NCBI GenBank assembly: GCA_030704615.1
Contig: CM060732.1
Location: 19,344,001 to 19,408,000, forward strand
Direction: 5' to 3'
DNA: 64,000 nt
DNA from: Takakia lepidozioides
Lineage: Eukaryota > Plantae > Bryophyta
This document shows positions 14,401 through 24,985 of this stretch, in pieces. Under the pieces are notes generated by a model, which saw nothing but the letters and a program-made list of their open reading frames with translations, was not told the DNA's origin and ran no database searches. A program made the translations under genes and the position numbers. How positions within the stretch are numbered: position 1 is the first letter of the stretch; every line of letters begins with the position of its first letter.

Positions 14401-16063
14401 GGCTCAACATGGGCTCCATGGTGTCCGTGGGATTCAAAAGAGAACAAGGATGGTGATGGTGCACTGACATGGCGGGGCAGAGCTGTTAGTGCACTTAGAA
14501 GGACGCGTAGTGGCCCCCCTCGAATTGAGTGCTCATTGATGGCAGATCTGGAGGACACAAAATTGCTGCCAATCATTTACAGTAGTGCTCCCATTGGGGA
14601 GAAGAAGACCCCACTGCTACTTCTGGCAGAAGATAACAAAGTGAGTTTTATGCAAGCCTCTTGACCACCATGATTTGGACAGATCATCATGGATACAGGC
14701 CTCTTAATTTCTAGGAGGATGTCATCACTAGGAGGTGAATAAGTTTATCCAAGAACACAAATCCTTAGTGAGGTCCAAGAGAGAGAGGTAGATAATGGTT
14801 GTCTTCTATGTGCATCGAAGAAGGAATCCGCTAAGAAGGGCTTATTGTTAATTGTCACAAAATGAAAACACATCCAATGATGATTGAACCCCAACACCCC
14901 TATTGCTACTAAAGTAATTGTTGTGTTGGGCCATTGTGCAATGTTTTGTTAGTATTTTTATGAGGTTGTGTTATAGAGAGGATAGTGAAGAATTGGGTTA
15001 TGGAAACTCAGTCCATTTTTAAATTTTTTGTTGAAGAATGGAGTGGTTGAAACAGACAATTGATTGTATAGTTGTAATTTGAATGGGTGCAGGTCAATGT
15101 GATGGTCGCACTGTCAATGCTGAAGCGACTTGGATTTGCAGCGGATGTCGCCTACAATGGGCTGGAAGCAGTGAAAGCTCTACAAACCAAGCACTATGAT
15201 CTTGTAATTCCCACCCCCTGTTTCCTTTTAAGAAGTGAAGGCAAGTAAGACTGTTCGAGAATATCATGTCACATTTTATAATATCAAGTGATAAAGTGCT
15301 GTCTCTGCAACCAGATTGTGAATGGTTGGGTGAGTGCTGTTCTCTAGCAAGGTGTGCTGTACTTTTGCGGCAGAAAACCTTGCAAGATATGGGCAGGGGA
15401 TTGATTGATTTGTTGGCTTTCCTTTCAGGAGGGTGAGGGTCTGAGGAAGAGAGCATGAAAAGAGTGATTAAATGCAGTTTTGATACTACAGAAGAGAATG
15501 AAGCAGTCTTTTCAATCACATGAATCCCTTGCAGTAGCTTGATGATTTGGAAAAATAGATGTGTCATAGTGAAGGAGTAAAGAGTGACCAAGTCATGGTT
15601 TCCAAAAGTGGACCGAAGCTCTATATCAGGAATGAATACCATAAAATGCTTGTTGTTTTTGGGGAGAGGTAAACAGGTGTTGATGGACATATGCATGCCA
15701 GTCATGGATGGGCTGGAGGTTACAAAACTTATTCGGAAATTTGAGCGATTTGGCTATTGGGATAAGGACATCATTCAGGCAACCTCACCAGACAGTGGCT
15801 CAAATAGGCACAGACATTCTTACAGTGAGATAACCTCTTCAGAGCTGGCAACAGGGAAAGGATTACCAAATGCACAATTTGTGTGGGGAAGGAGACAAAA
15901 GCGTTTGCCAATAGTGGCCATGACGGCAAATGCACTCTCTGATTGTGAGGACCAATGCTCAGCGACAGGGATGGATGGTTTCATGACCAAGCCTGTCACA
16001 TTCAAGAAGCTTAAAGATGTTCTTGATCTTTTTCTGTCTGAGAAGTCCTCGAGTGTTATATGA
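5471..16063 (+). CDS. AHK5: Cytosolic hybrid histidine kinase (PAS-like, HisKA, HATPase_c, receiver), AHK5/CKI2-like, about 14 exons
   Basis: GT-AG exons at about 5471-6603, 6886-6910 (tentative), 7117-7347, 7506-7599, 8228-8305 ([19 protein letters not shown]-box), 8947-9078 ([11 protein letters not shown]), 9975-10108, 10966-11010 ([15 protein letters not shown]), 11312-~11630 (NAVKFT), 12604-12682 (EDTGIG), 13015-13127 ([24 protein letters not shown]), 14038-14640 (LLAEDN), 15093-15203, 15677-16063 ([18 protein letters not shown]). The start codon and exact orthology are uncertain. Confidence 0.92.
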
Positions 16064-17449
16064 TGAACAATTCAGGGACTTAAGCTGGCACAGACAATTT
16101 GTCACACTGAACCCACATCATTCAAAATTTTGAGGATGTTGATAACGTTCGAGTTGAGAGGTATGCAACCAGCTTGCTTTGCTGAAGAATTTCTGGATGT
16201 GTGTTCCAGTCCATGGCAAGAAAGGAGGGCACTGTTGCTCTATGAGTCAGACCTCTTGTATTATTTGCAGAGTTTGAAATGCCATTGGATCTATTCGTTG
16301 GTTGGGAATATGATGAAGCTTGCAGTGCCGCAAGAAGAAAGGAGTTTGGTGGGAAGCTCACAACATATGCATCTGAGGCTGTAGGTCAAATCTTTGAACC
16401 AATATTACAGTGTGCTTCTCAGAAGTCAGAGTGCATTAAATTCCTTTAGTCTAGTTTAGTCAAGGCTGGGGCACTTTGCTGATGTAGTTGTAGCTGCAGA
16501 TCTACATTTTCATGCTTCTATAGATTTTCTTATACGTTCAAGGGATGAGAGACATGGTAAGTCAGGTTTGTCACAAAGTCCTCTTTGTATACTACAAAGC
16601 ATCAAAGTAATTGCCACTGTAGCAATCAGCCCCTGAATTCATAGTGTTGGGGAGAGCTGCAGGTTCTTGTGGTAATATGCATCTCTAATCTTTGTACAGC
16701 TACTGATAGCAGTTTTTTCTCATGCTATCAGTGCAGAATGAGAGATAGGTAACAAAGCTTATTTTGTAAGGGGACAAGACTTTCAGTGAGCAAAGCCTCC
16801 AACTGCCATGACCAGCATTCTGGCTATACAAGGAAAGTTGATGCCAGATGACTGATTGGATTGGTGACCAAAAGCCAGCACCTCGCAGTATGGATTGTTA
16901 AACCAGAGTAAGCCTCTGGTCATAAGCATCTCTTTTGACAGGCTTGACATGCAGATTACATTTGGTTCTAGTAGCAGCTTTTGCAAGTCTGGTTTTGGTG
17001 TCAGGAGAATGCAATGTTGCTCACAGGTGGATTTGCAAATCCTTATGGCCAGGTAGTTGCCACACATGTAGAAGGAGGATTTGAGTAGAGGTATGTGCCA
17101 AGAAGCTGCTTTAGGTACTATAGAGGAAGGTGAAAGAAGTTTTACGGGTGAATTATGTGTCTGAAGATTACTTTGGGCACCATTAGGCACTCTGTAGGAA
17201 GGGTGGTGGGCAAGAGAAGGTGTGCTCATTCCAGGTGATGTTCATTCCAGCTGGGGTATTGTAGCCAGTAGCCCTCCTACCTTGTACAGATGTTTGGGTG
17301 GGTATGCTAATCTGGCAAGTCTCATGAAGTTAAAACGCACAAATGTCACCCAGAAGGCAGCATGCCTGTGGTCAAAGAAAGGATTTTACAGGATGCATCA
17401 TATTGTACCACATGGCTTCTCAGTTTGAAAGCAACATCTCCTGATATGT

Positions 17450-18990
17450 CCTAGTATTTGCAATGAACTGGAAACCTGCTGATCCCCAAAGCCCAATTAA
17501 TCTCAAGGATGGACTTAAAAGTGCGATGTTGCATAAGCTACCATAGAGAGTCCAATACGAGCCATAACAGTGGAACTAATATATGATGGAAGTTTTGCGT
17601 GATGTAATTTGTGTGCATGACCATTCTTCACAGTGCAAGATGGTTTTCCTTGTTCTAATGAAAACTACTGCAGATGGAAAAAAAGCTGTTGCCTTGCTAA
17701 GTTGATGATGGCCGGTGCCTATCATAAATGTCTCTGATCCTTGAACTCTATGGACATCCAAACCGTGTGATGATATTTTCATAGAGAAGTTTGGCTGTTG
17801 AACTCCAAGTGTTGTGGCGCGCTTTGGCCTCTACCCATCTGGTAGTGTAGTCAGTGATGATGTACTCCTTCTGAGTGTTCCTTGCTGGTGGTTCAATGGG
17901 TCCCACAAAATCCAGTCCCTACCAACAGTCCTAAGTTATTGGTAGTGTAGGATGCATGGATCCTTTTCCTTGTTTGTTCAACAGATCCCATTCTTTGACA
18001 AATGTCACATTGTTGGTAGTGGGTATGAGCGTCCCCAAAAATAGTGGGCCACCATATCCTACTCACAGAATCTTCCTAGTAGTGTGGTCTAAGCTGAAAT
18101 GTCCTTATGCTAGTCCTTTCGTATAATTCCTTCATCACTTGCCTATTGACTCATCTTCGCAAGATGGAATCGATTCCTTGTTTGTAGAGAACTCACTTAA
18201 TCAGGGTCTATGGTAGGGTTTGCTTCTGTCATCTATGGTGTAATCTTGTGGAAAACGTGCTGTCTTTAAGTAGTATTTGACTGGCCACTGCCAATCTTCT
18301 GAATCATTGTGATCACAATCTTTAGGTTCTTCCTTTGTGACTGAGTAAGCTCCAATGCTTAACTCACGAATGCCTTGGGTAACCTGTTCTAATTCTTTTT
18401 TGTTTGCAGGGTTGGTTTCTTTGGAGTTATCTTCACTATCTTCTTCCAATAGATTGAGGGGTTCCAGAGGATCATAGTCTTCTTGAAATACTCCCGAAAA
18501 GGTCCAATGTTTCATCTCGCGTTTGTGGCTGAACTGCAAACAAGAACTGTTTTGGGAGTTGGTCTTCCACTCCTGTTATTGGTTCTCCTATAATAATTCT
18601 CAGTAGTGATCGGCTATGAATGCAGTCTTCCTAGTTTATGTACCACTTTGAAATCATACTCGCGAAGTGGTAGGAGTAGCCACCAAGCTCTACTCTACTA
18701 CTAGCTTGTGGTCGATTTGCCCAATGAACTAGGGCATGATGATCCACAGTTAGTTTAAACCGATTGTCTAGAAAATAGTGTCAAATCGAAACTTCTGATT
18801 GGCATTGATCATGGTCAATGCCTCTCTTTCTGTGGTGCTATAATTTTTTTCAGCAGAGGTTAGTAACTTGCTGGCATAATATGTAGGTGAATCCAATGTT
18901 ATAGCACCTATAGCTATGCCTGAGGGATTATATATCAAGTTACCAATCAGGGTACCAAGAGATGACATCAAAACTTTCATGTATCTGGCA
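17450..18990 (-). mobile_element. Highly degenerate Ty3/gypsy pol remnant (RNase H and integrase)
   Basis: YYASKLLTSAEKNYSTTEREAL at ~18820-18885. Integrase GLDFVGPIEPP...DYTTRWVEAKA at ~17820-17920. Many stops and frameshifts. Confidence 0.8.
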
Positions 18991-19806
18991 AATGTTCTAA
19001 CATGCAGATTTTACAGAGTACTTGGAAATTATTGGCTTGAGGATGAATTCAATGTACATGAATTGATATTTTTGAAACGGATTTACTGTTTGTAGGCATA
19101 ATGTAAGAACTTAATGCAAGCATGCGAGCTCTGGAAGCATCGTACACCGGTCTGGAGCCCGTCAAATATTCCCACCCCCTCTCAAGAGTGACACAGATTG
19201 GAGTTACATCAAACACCAGAGTGACACGAAATGGGGTGACACAAGTAGTTTGAGTAACACCAAAGCAACATTAAATACCGGAGTGTCACGGAAGGAAGTG
19301 TAACTCACACTTGGTATCACAAAAATTTGACCAAATATGCAAAATACAAAGAGGAAGTGATGTCAGACACCGAAGTGTAACAGAATGGGGTAACGTAATT
19401 GAGGTGACACGGACCTGTCTGATACAGATCAAGGTGACTTAGATGAGGTGACATAGCAATCGAGCCAAAATCGAATCCTGCTACCATCGCTATCACGACT
19501 ATTCCTCATTAATTAATAGCTAACAACATTTTAAAGTATTTAATAGTGAATCCGGGATAAGAGGGGTTTGGGGGGATTTGACAAGGGGGTCCTAACGGAG
19601 GAGCTGACGCTGCCAAAAACTGATAAAACTAATGTCACATTGTGCGCTTGCATTAAGTTTCTATTTTATTGTTTCCTCTGTTTTTATGATCTTTTATGAC
19701 ATTTCAGTAAGCGATCCTCACGAAAGCTGCAAAGTTTTGTCAGGTTTTAGGCCTTTGTTTTTTAGGGATACTACATGAACTAGATTGTAACCCATATATA
19801 TATATA

Positions 19807-19910
19807 TATGACGCCAGCCGGAGCTAGCGTAAATAAGAGCCTCTTCCCTTTGCAGCTACTGCCTCCTTCGGGGAGTGGGCTCTATTATTGTAACCCAAAA
19901 AAAAAACAAA
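19807..19910 (+). repeat. Second copy of the 4540-4685 repeat, after a (TA)n tract and ending in an A-run
   Basis: Direct sequence similarity to 4587-4650. Confidence 0.55.
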
Positions 19911-21146
19911 AAACAGACAATGATATTTACCAAACTTCCATTGTCTACTAACCAATGTCGTAGAAACAATGATTGATACGTAAGTTGCATACTCACCATA
20001 ACGTGTATAACTACTTGACAATCACACTCTCTACTATGCATTGCTAAAATTTCTTGAATTTGTAGATGATCCATATAAGTCATTTGTTGGAGTGTGAAGA
20101 ACGAAAAGATGCTCATCACAAACAACACTCGAAACACATGATATTGTCTTTATTTCTACCATCTAAGCACACGAGATCACTTTGTACAAACAATTAGATG
20201 CTCAAACAAAGATAGAATAAGACTCTAGCCAAAGCCAACGTAATTAGGAGCCTGCACTAGCTTCACCTCTCAACTACTACCCTTTTTTGGGGGTGGGCTC
20301 TATAAATTTTGTGATGATAATTCTAATGACAACTGAAAAGTTGGGGATTAGTTTTAGTGTAGAATAAAATGGGGGTAATTGGGTCAACCGATTACTTAAA
20401 TGTGTGGATTTATGGGGACTAATTTCGAGTCCTTTTCTGTGTTGGTCTACTTGTTTCCCTCGAAACTTTCAGATCCTGCAGATGTAATAAGTTATTTTTT
20501 TCTATCTTTATTTATTTCTCTCTTTCTCTCTCTCATGCTTTGTGGAATAACATAATCGACTAATATCACAAATGCAGCTACAGAGGACAAGAGAATGGAC
20601 ACCAGACCTCAAGCTACAGCTCAACGCAGTCAGCAAAATCAACATTAGCCATCAATTCTTCTGTATTCCTTAGTCGAACAGCTACACGCACCCGCCTATA
20701 CACTTCTGTTTCTTCCAAGGTTACAAAGAATCCTGCAAGCATCTGCACCCTCGCCATCGCTACTCTTGCCATCGCTACTCCTGCGAGTCCCGCCCGCAAG
20801 GACCCGCTTGCTCTCAAGACATCAAATTCATCCATCTAACATCATCCATCTAACATTATCCAATTATCTCCACACGAGGGGCTCGAAGGTGGTTCCATTT
20901 GCAAATGGACACAGACATGGTAGACATTCAGAAGATGACTGTGGAGCGCAGAAGGCAATCTGGGGGCGAAATACTACGAGGAGGCTCATGCTATTCTATA
21001 TGTGGTCGATTTGAAGCCAATCCAAGTTTTATCTTGATTTTACCATGTAGGAAAATAGATTTTATCTCATATCCATATTTACTATGAGGTAAATCCTAGA
21101 AGAATTACCTTAAAAGGATTCGGGCAATCCTTCCTACCTTCCCTGT

Positions 21147-21761
21147 GTGGGTTTTAGAAATGCAGTGTTCCCAGTGCTTTGTAGCAAAGTGACAGAGCTT
21201 TTTGTGGATATGGATACTCCTTTCAAAGATGGTATTCCAGGACGTCATTGGTGGGAAGACTTTCTTAAGCATCACCTAGAACTGATCATTCGGAAGACTC
21301 ATGAGGCCATTAACAAGGAGAGGGCTGCTGAAATGCAACGTGTGGTGGTTGAACGGGGATTGAACAATTTTATTGTGACCTTTCAGTTCTGTATTCGAAA
21401 CTTGACCACACAGCCTCGTCAAACATTTGGAATGCTGATGAAACTGACTGTGAAGCGGGTTACATCAAAAGTCTTAGCTACAGTGCCCACTAATCGAGAA
21501 CATGTAAGTGTTTTGGTTAAATTGTGTCAATGCAGCTGGTCAGTCAATTCCAAAGTGTACTTGTTTAAAGGGGTATGTGCAAATGTTGATTATATAGAGC
21601 TTTGTGAGGATAGGGCCCAAATGGCTATGGCCAAAAAAACATTCATGACTACTAAAGTCTCCGCTGATTGGTTACATCATTAATTTCAAGCAGAATGTCC
21701 CTGAAGGTCTTCATGTAGACAATAAACATCTACTAATAGTAGATGGTCATGGATCACATGT
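21147..21761 (+). mobile_element. Degenerate pogo/Tigger (CENP-B HTH plus DDE_1) transposase remnant
   Basis: WWEDFLKHH (HTH end), IWNADET in a shifted frame (~21424-21445), REHVSVL..CVNAAG, then LLIVDGHGSH (~21728-21758), after which homology stops. Confidence 0.8.
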
Positions 21762-22476
21762 AGCAATCCCCGGCGTGAGAGCTGTCACGGGCTGCGGAGG
21801 GGGGAGTTCGCAGTGCGCGCGAGGGTGTCAGTTCGCCTACCTCAAAGGTGGTCGTCCATCCGGGCTCCCCTGCTGCTAGCCCTAATAAGAAACAGAAAAC
21901 CCGTGAGAGGGAAAAAGAGAGGGCAAAAGAACAAGCAAGACACAAGGCTAGCCAGGAGGAAAGAGAAAAGGCCACTGAAGAGGCCAGGGGTTCCGAACTG
22001 ACAGATTCCCATGTAAGTGAGGGACGCATAGAGACGGTGGATCCCTCCAAGACACCACAAAGAGGCAGCAACACACCGGTTAGACCATCGCGGGCAAGAG
22101 CAGCCCCTGCAATTACCCATACGGTGGAGAGTGGAGGAGAGGAAAGAACACCAGAAAGAGCACGGATTGTGCAAGTTCGAGGTGAAGCCAGGGAGAGGGC
22201 AGTAGAGACGGGGAGAGTGCTGGAGGTGGTTTCGCAGGTGGCTGACCCTGTTGAGGAGGACGACAGGGAGCTTTCTGACCAGGATAACATCCTCCCGGAC
22301 ATCCCCAGGCCCCAAACCCGGAGCATACATGCTGGATTTGGCGGTCCTGGTGGGCTGCCGGAAAACCCCTCTGCAGCAGACGTCATATCTGAGGCGGATA
22401 TGAAGTTGGCCGCTGCCAAGATGTTGGAGGCAACCCACAGCAACATTGGCAGGGTGCTGGGGGGCATGGTGTACCT

Positions 22477-22602
22477 GGCCAAGCTTCGAATTCCCCTTTG
22501 CCGCTTGGTGTCATTGCAGGTGGTGAGACCTGCCCTCCCGGCCAAGCTTCGAATTCCCCTTTGCCGCTTGGTGTCATTGCAGGTGGTGAAACCTGCCCTC
22601 CC
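22477..22602 (+). repeat. In-frame 63-bp tandem duplication
   Basis: 22477-22539 and 22540-22602 differ at one base and encode AKLRIPLCRLVSLQVV(R/K)PALP twice. Confidence 0.95.
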
Positions 22603-24296
22603 AAGCGATATCGACAAGCTGAAATTCTCTTTCCGGGATGGATATCGAATGGGGTCTGCCGCGTTTTACGTTTCCATTGAGAACGACCACGGAGCTTCCC
22701 GTGCCCACACTTCCGATGAGGTGGACAAATGGGGTCCCCTTTGGCAAACGCGAAATGAGGAGTTCGAGAGATCGATTGCTAGTGATCCTCTTTTCCAGCA
22801 CTTGTCCGGTAAGATGTTCTACGTGTGGGACGGCAATCATCGCCTCCTGGCATGGATGGAGCACATTGCCCAAGCCCACCCCAACGACCTCGATTGGCAT
22901 TTTGCCGTGGATTGTGTTGTGCTGAAGGTTGCGGGGCCCAAAGATCGCAGTCTTCTCAAAGCTGCAATGGCGGACATCAACTCGTAAGTTACAACGCCTC
23001 TCGCTTTTGGACTTTGAATTTGGAAGTCATTTCATTGCGAATCCTCATATATGATGAAAATTCCCATTTCAGTATTGTTTGATGGAAATGTGGCACTGCA
23101 GGGTGACTGAGAATGCCTTCATTGCCACCAACTTGTCCCATATGCTCTTCCGAGTGAAGGATGTCGGGAAGCAGGGGGTGCAAGAGTTTGTGCCGACCTC
23201 CTGCGCAAGTCGGAGGCAAAGGCAGACAGAACCTGGTATAGGCTGAGCGTCGACGCCATGGTGGACTACATATTTCGGGTAAAGCTCCTGACAGTTTTGT
23301 TGATCTAATCTGTCTCTCCTCCCCCAATAGAAGAAAAGGTCTTCACCGTGATTTCTAATCTCCTCCCCCAATAGAAGAAATTGTGTTGAGCAGGATCTCT
23401 AATCTTATGTGCGCATTCTTGACAGACGAAAATACAGCAGGATTTGGCACATGCGCGGAGGTTCTACAAGGAGTCAGAGGAGAAGAATCCAACCCTCCCG
23501 GCACTTGAATCGTATGTCAAAGCTGCGGAGGTGAGGGCCCGCATAAAGTACAAGTCGCGGATGGTAAAGTACGTGGCCATAGCTGATCCCGCCCTTAGTG
23601 CCGACTTTCTGGTGGAGGTGGGGAAGCACTACTCTTGCGCTCTGAAGCCCACGATGACATTGGAGAAGCTCCATCGTCTAGCCACATCCTGTGTGGATGC
23701 AACAGAAAAGGTGATACATTCTTAACCAAATTGTGGTGGCAACAACTCGTTTCTGTGGTGTTTGGCGCTTACGAATATGCTGGGTGGTTGGACAGACCCG
23801 GTGGCTCCAAATCTGGAATGGTTCCCAAAGTACCAGGGACATGTGGAGCTTCCCCAAACCGGACAAAATCTCTGACCCCACATTCGACATGTGGATGAAC
23901 CGCATGACATGGTGGTTTCAGGTACTTCCCCACGCTTCGTTTGGGGCTTCTACTCTAGTAGGGGGTGGATTCATTGTATTTTTTCAGGAAAGCGATCTGA
24001 TGGAGAATCTCCACAGGTGACGACGAATGCGCAAGAGCAGCTGGACACACAAGCACATCAGTTCAAGATGGAGATATCTCCTGCAGCAGAGAGCCTACGT
24101 GACTATGTGACGAGGTACTTTCTGCTCTACAAAACCAACCTATTCTTTCGGGAGATAGCAGATGCTCGCCGGAGCCACGAGTTCACCGACCAGCCGAACG
24201 CGGACAAAGCAGCAATGCGCCTTCTGTACAGGTACATACGCGCTGCCTTTCTTTCAAGTCCTTGCATTTCAGGATGTTAGAGGCCTTATGTGGTGT

Positions 24297-24985
24297 TAGG
24301 GAAAATGGCGCCGAATTTCCAGTCAGGGCTCCGAAAATGGCTAAGTCCCTAGACTGGCTGGCCCTGAACTGGAAATTCGGCGCCATTTTCCAGTTCTAGG
24401 CCCTATTGCCGTTCAGGGACTTGGCCATTTTCGGGCTAAGTCCCTAGACTGGTTGGCCCGGAACTGGAAATTCAGCGCCATTTTCCAGTTCTAGGCCCTA
24501 TTGCCGTTCAGAGACTTAGCCATTTTCGGGCTAAGTCCCTAGACTGGCTGGCCCTGAACTGGAAATTCGGCGCCATTTTCCAATTCCAGGCCCTATTGCC
24601 GTTCAGGGACTTAGCCATTTTCGGGCTAAGTCCCTAGGGTGGCTGGCCCTGAAGTGGAAATTCGGCGCCATTTTCTAGTTCTAGGCCCTATTGCCGTTCA
24701 GGGACTTAGCCATTTTCGGGCTAAGTCCCTAGGGTGGCTGGCCCTGAACTGGAAATTCGGCGCCATTTTTCCAGTTCTAGGCCCTATTGCGGTTCTGGGA
24801 CTTAGCCATCTTCGGGCCAAACCGGGAAAAATGGCGCCGAATTTCCAGTTCAGGGCTCCCAAGATGGCTAAGTCCCTAGGGTGGCAGTCACCGAAAACCG
24901 AAATTCGGCGCCATTTTTCCATTTCTAGGCCCACTCACATCCGCCCCAACCTGGGAAAATGGTGCCAAATATGCATTTCAGGGAC
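24297..24985. repeat. Intronic minisatellite of five 95-bp units built from inverted motifs
   Basis: Units start at 24341, 24436, 24531, 24626 and 24721. AAAATGGCGCCGAATTTCCAG and GGGACTTAGCCATTTTCGG occur in both orientations. Confidence 0.92.

Noticed and set aside
19180-19460. Cluster of GTGACAC-like motifs as a MITE
   Set aside because: The motifs are real, but no TIR pair or TSD could be defined.
21754-22617. 287-aa minus-strand ORF, and similar antisense ORFs at 24925-26156
   Set aside because: These are shadows of the GC-rich plus-strand ParB-MTase exons and have no motifs of their own.
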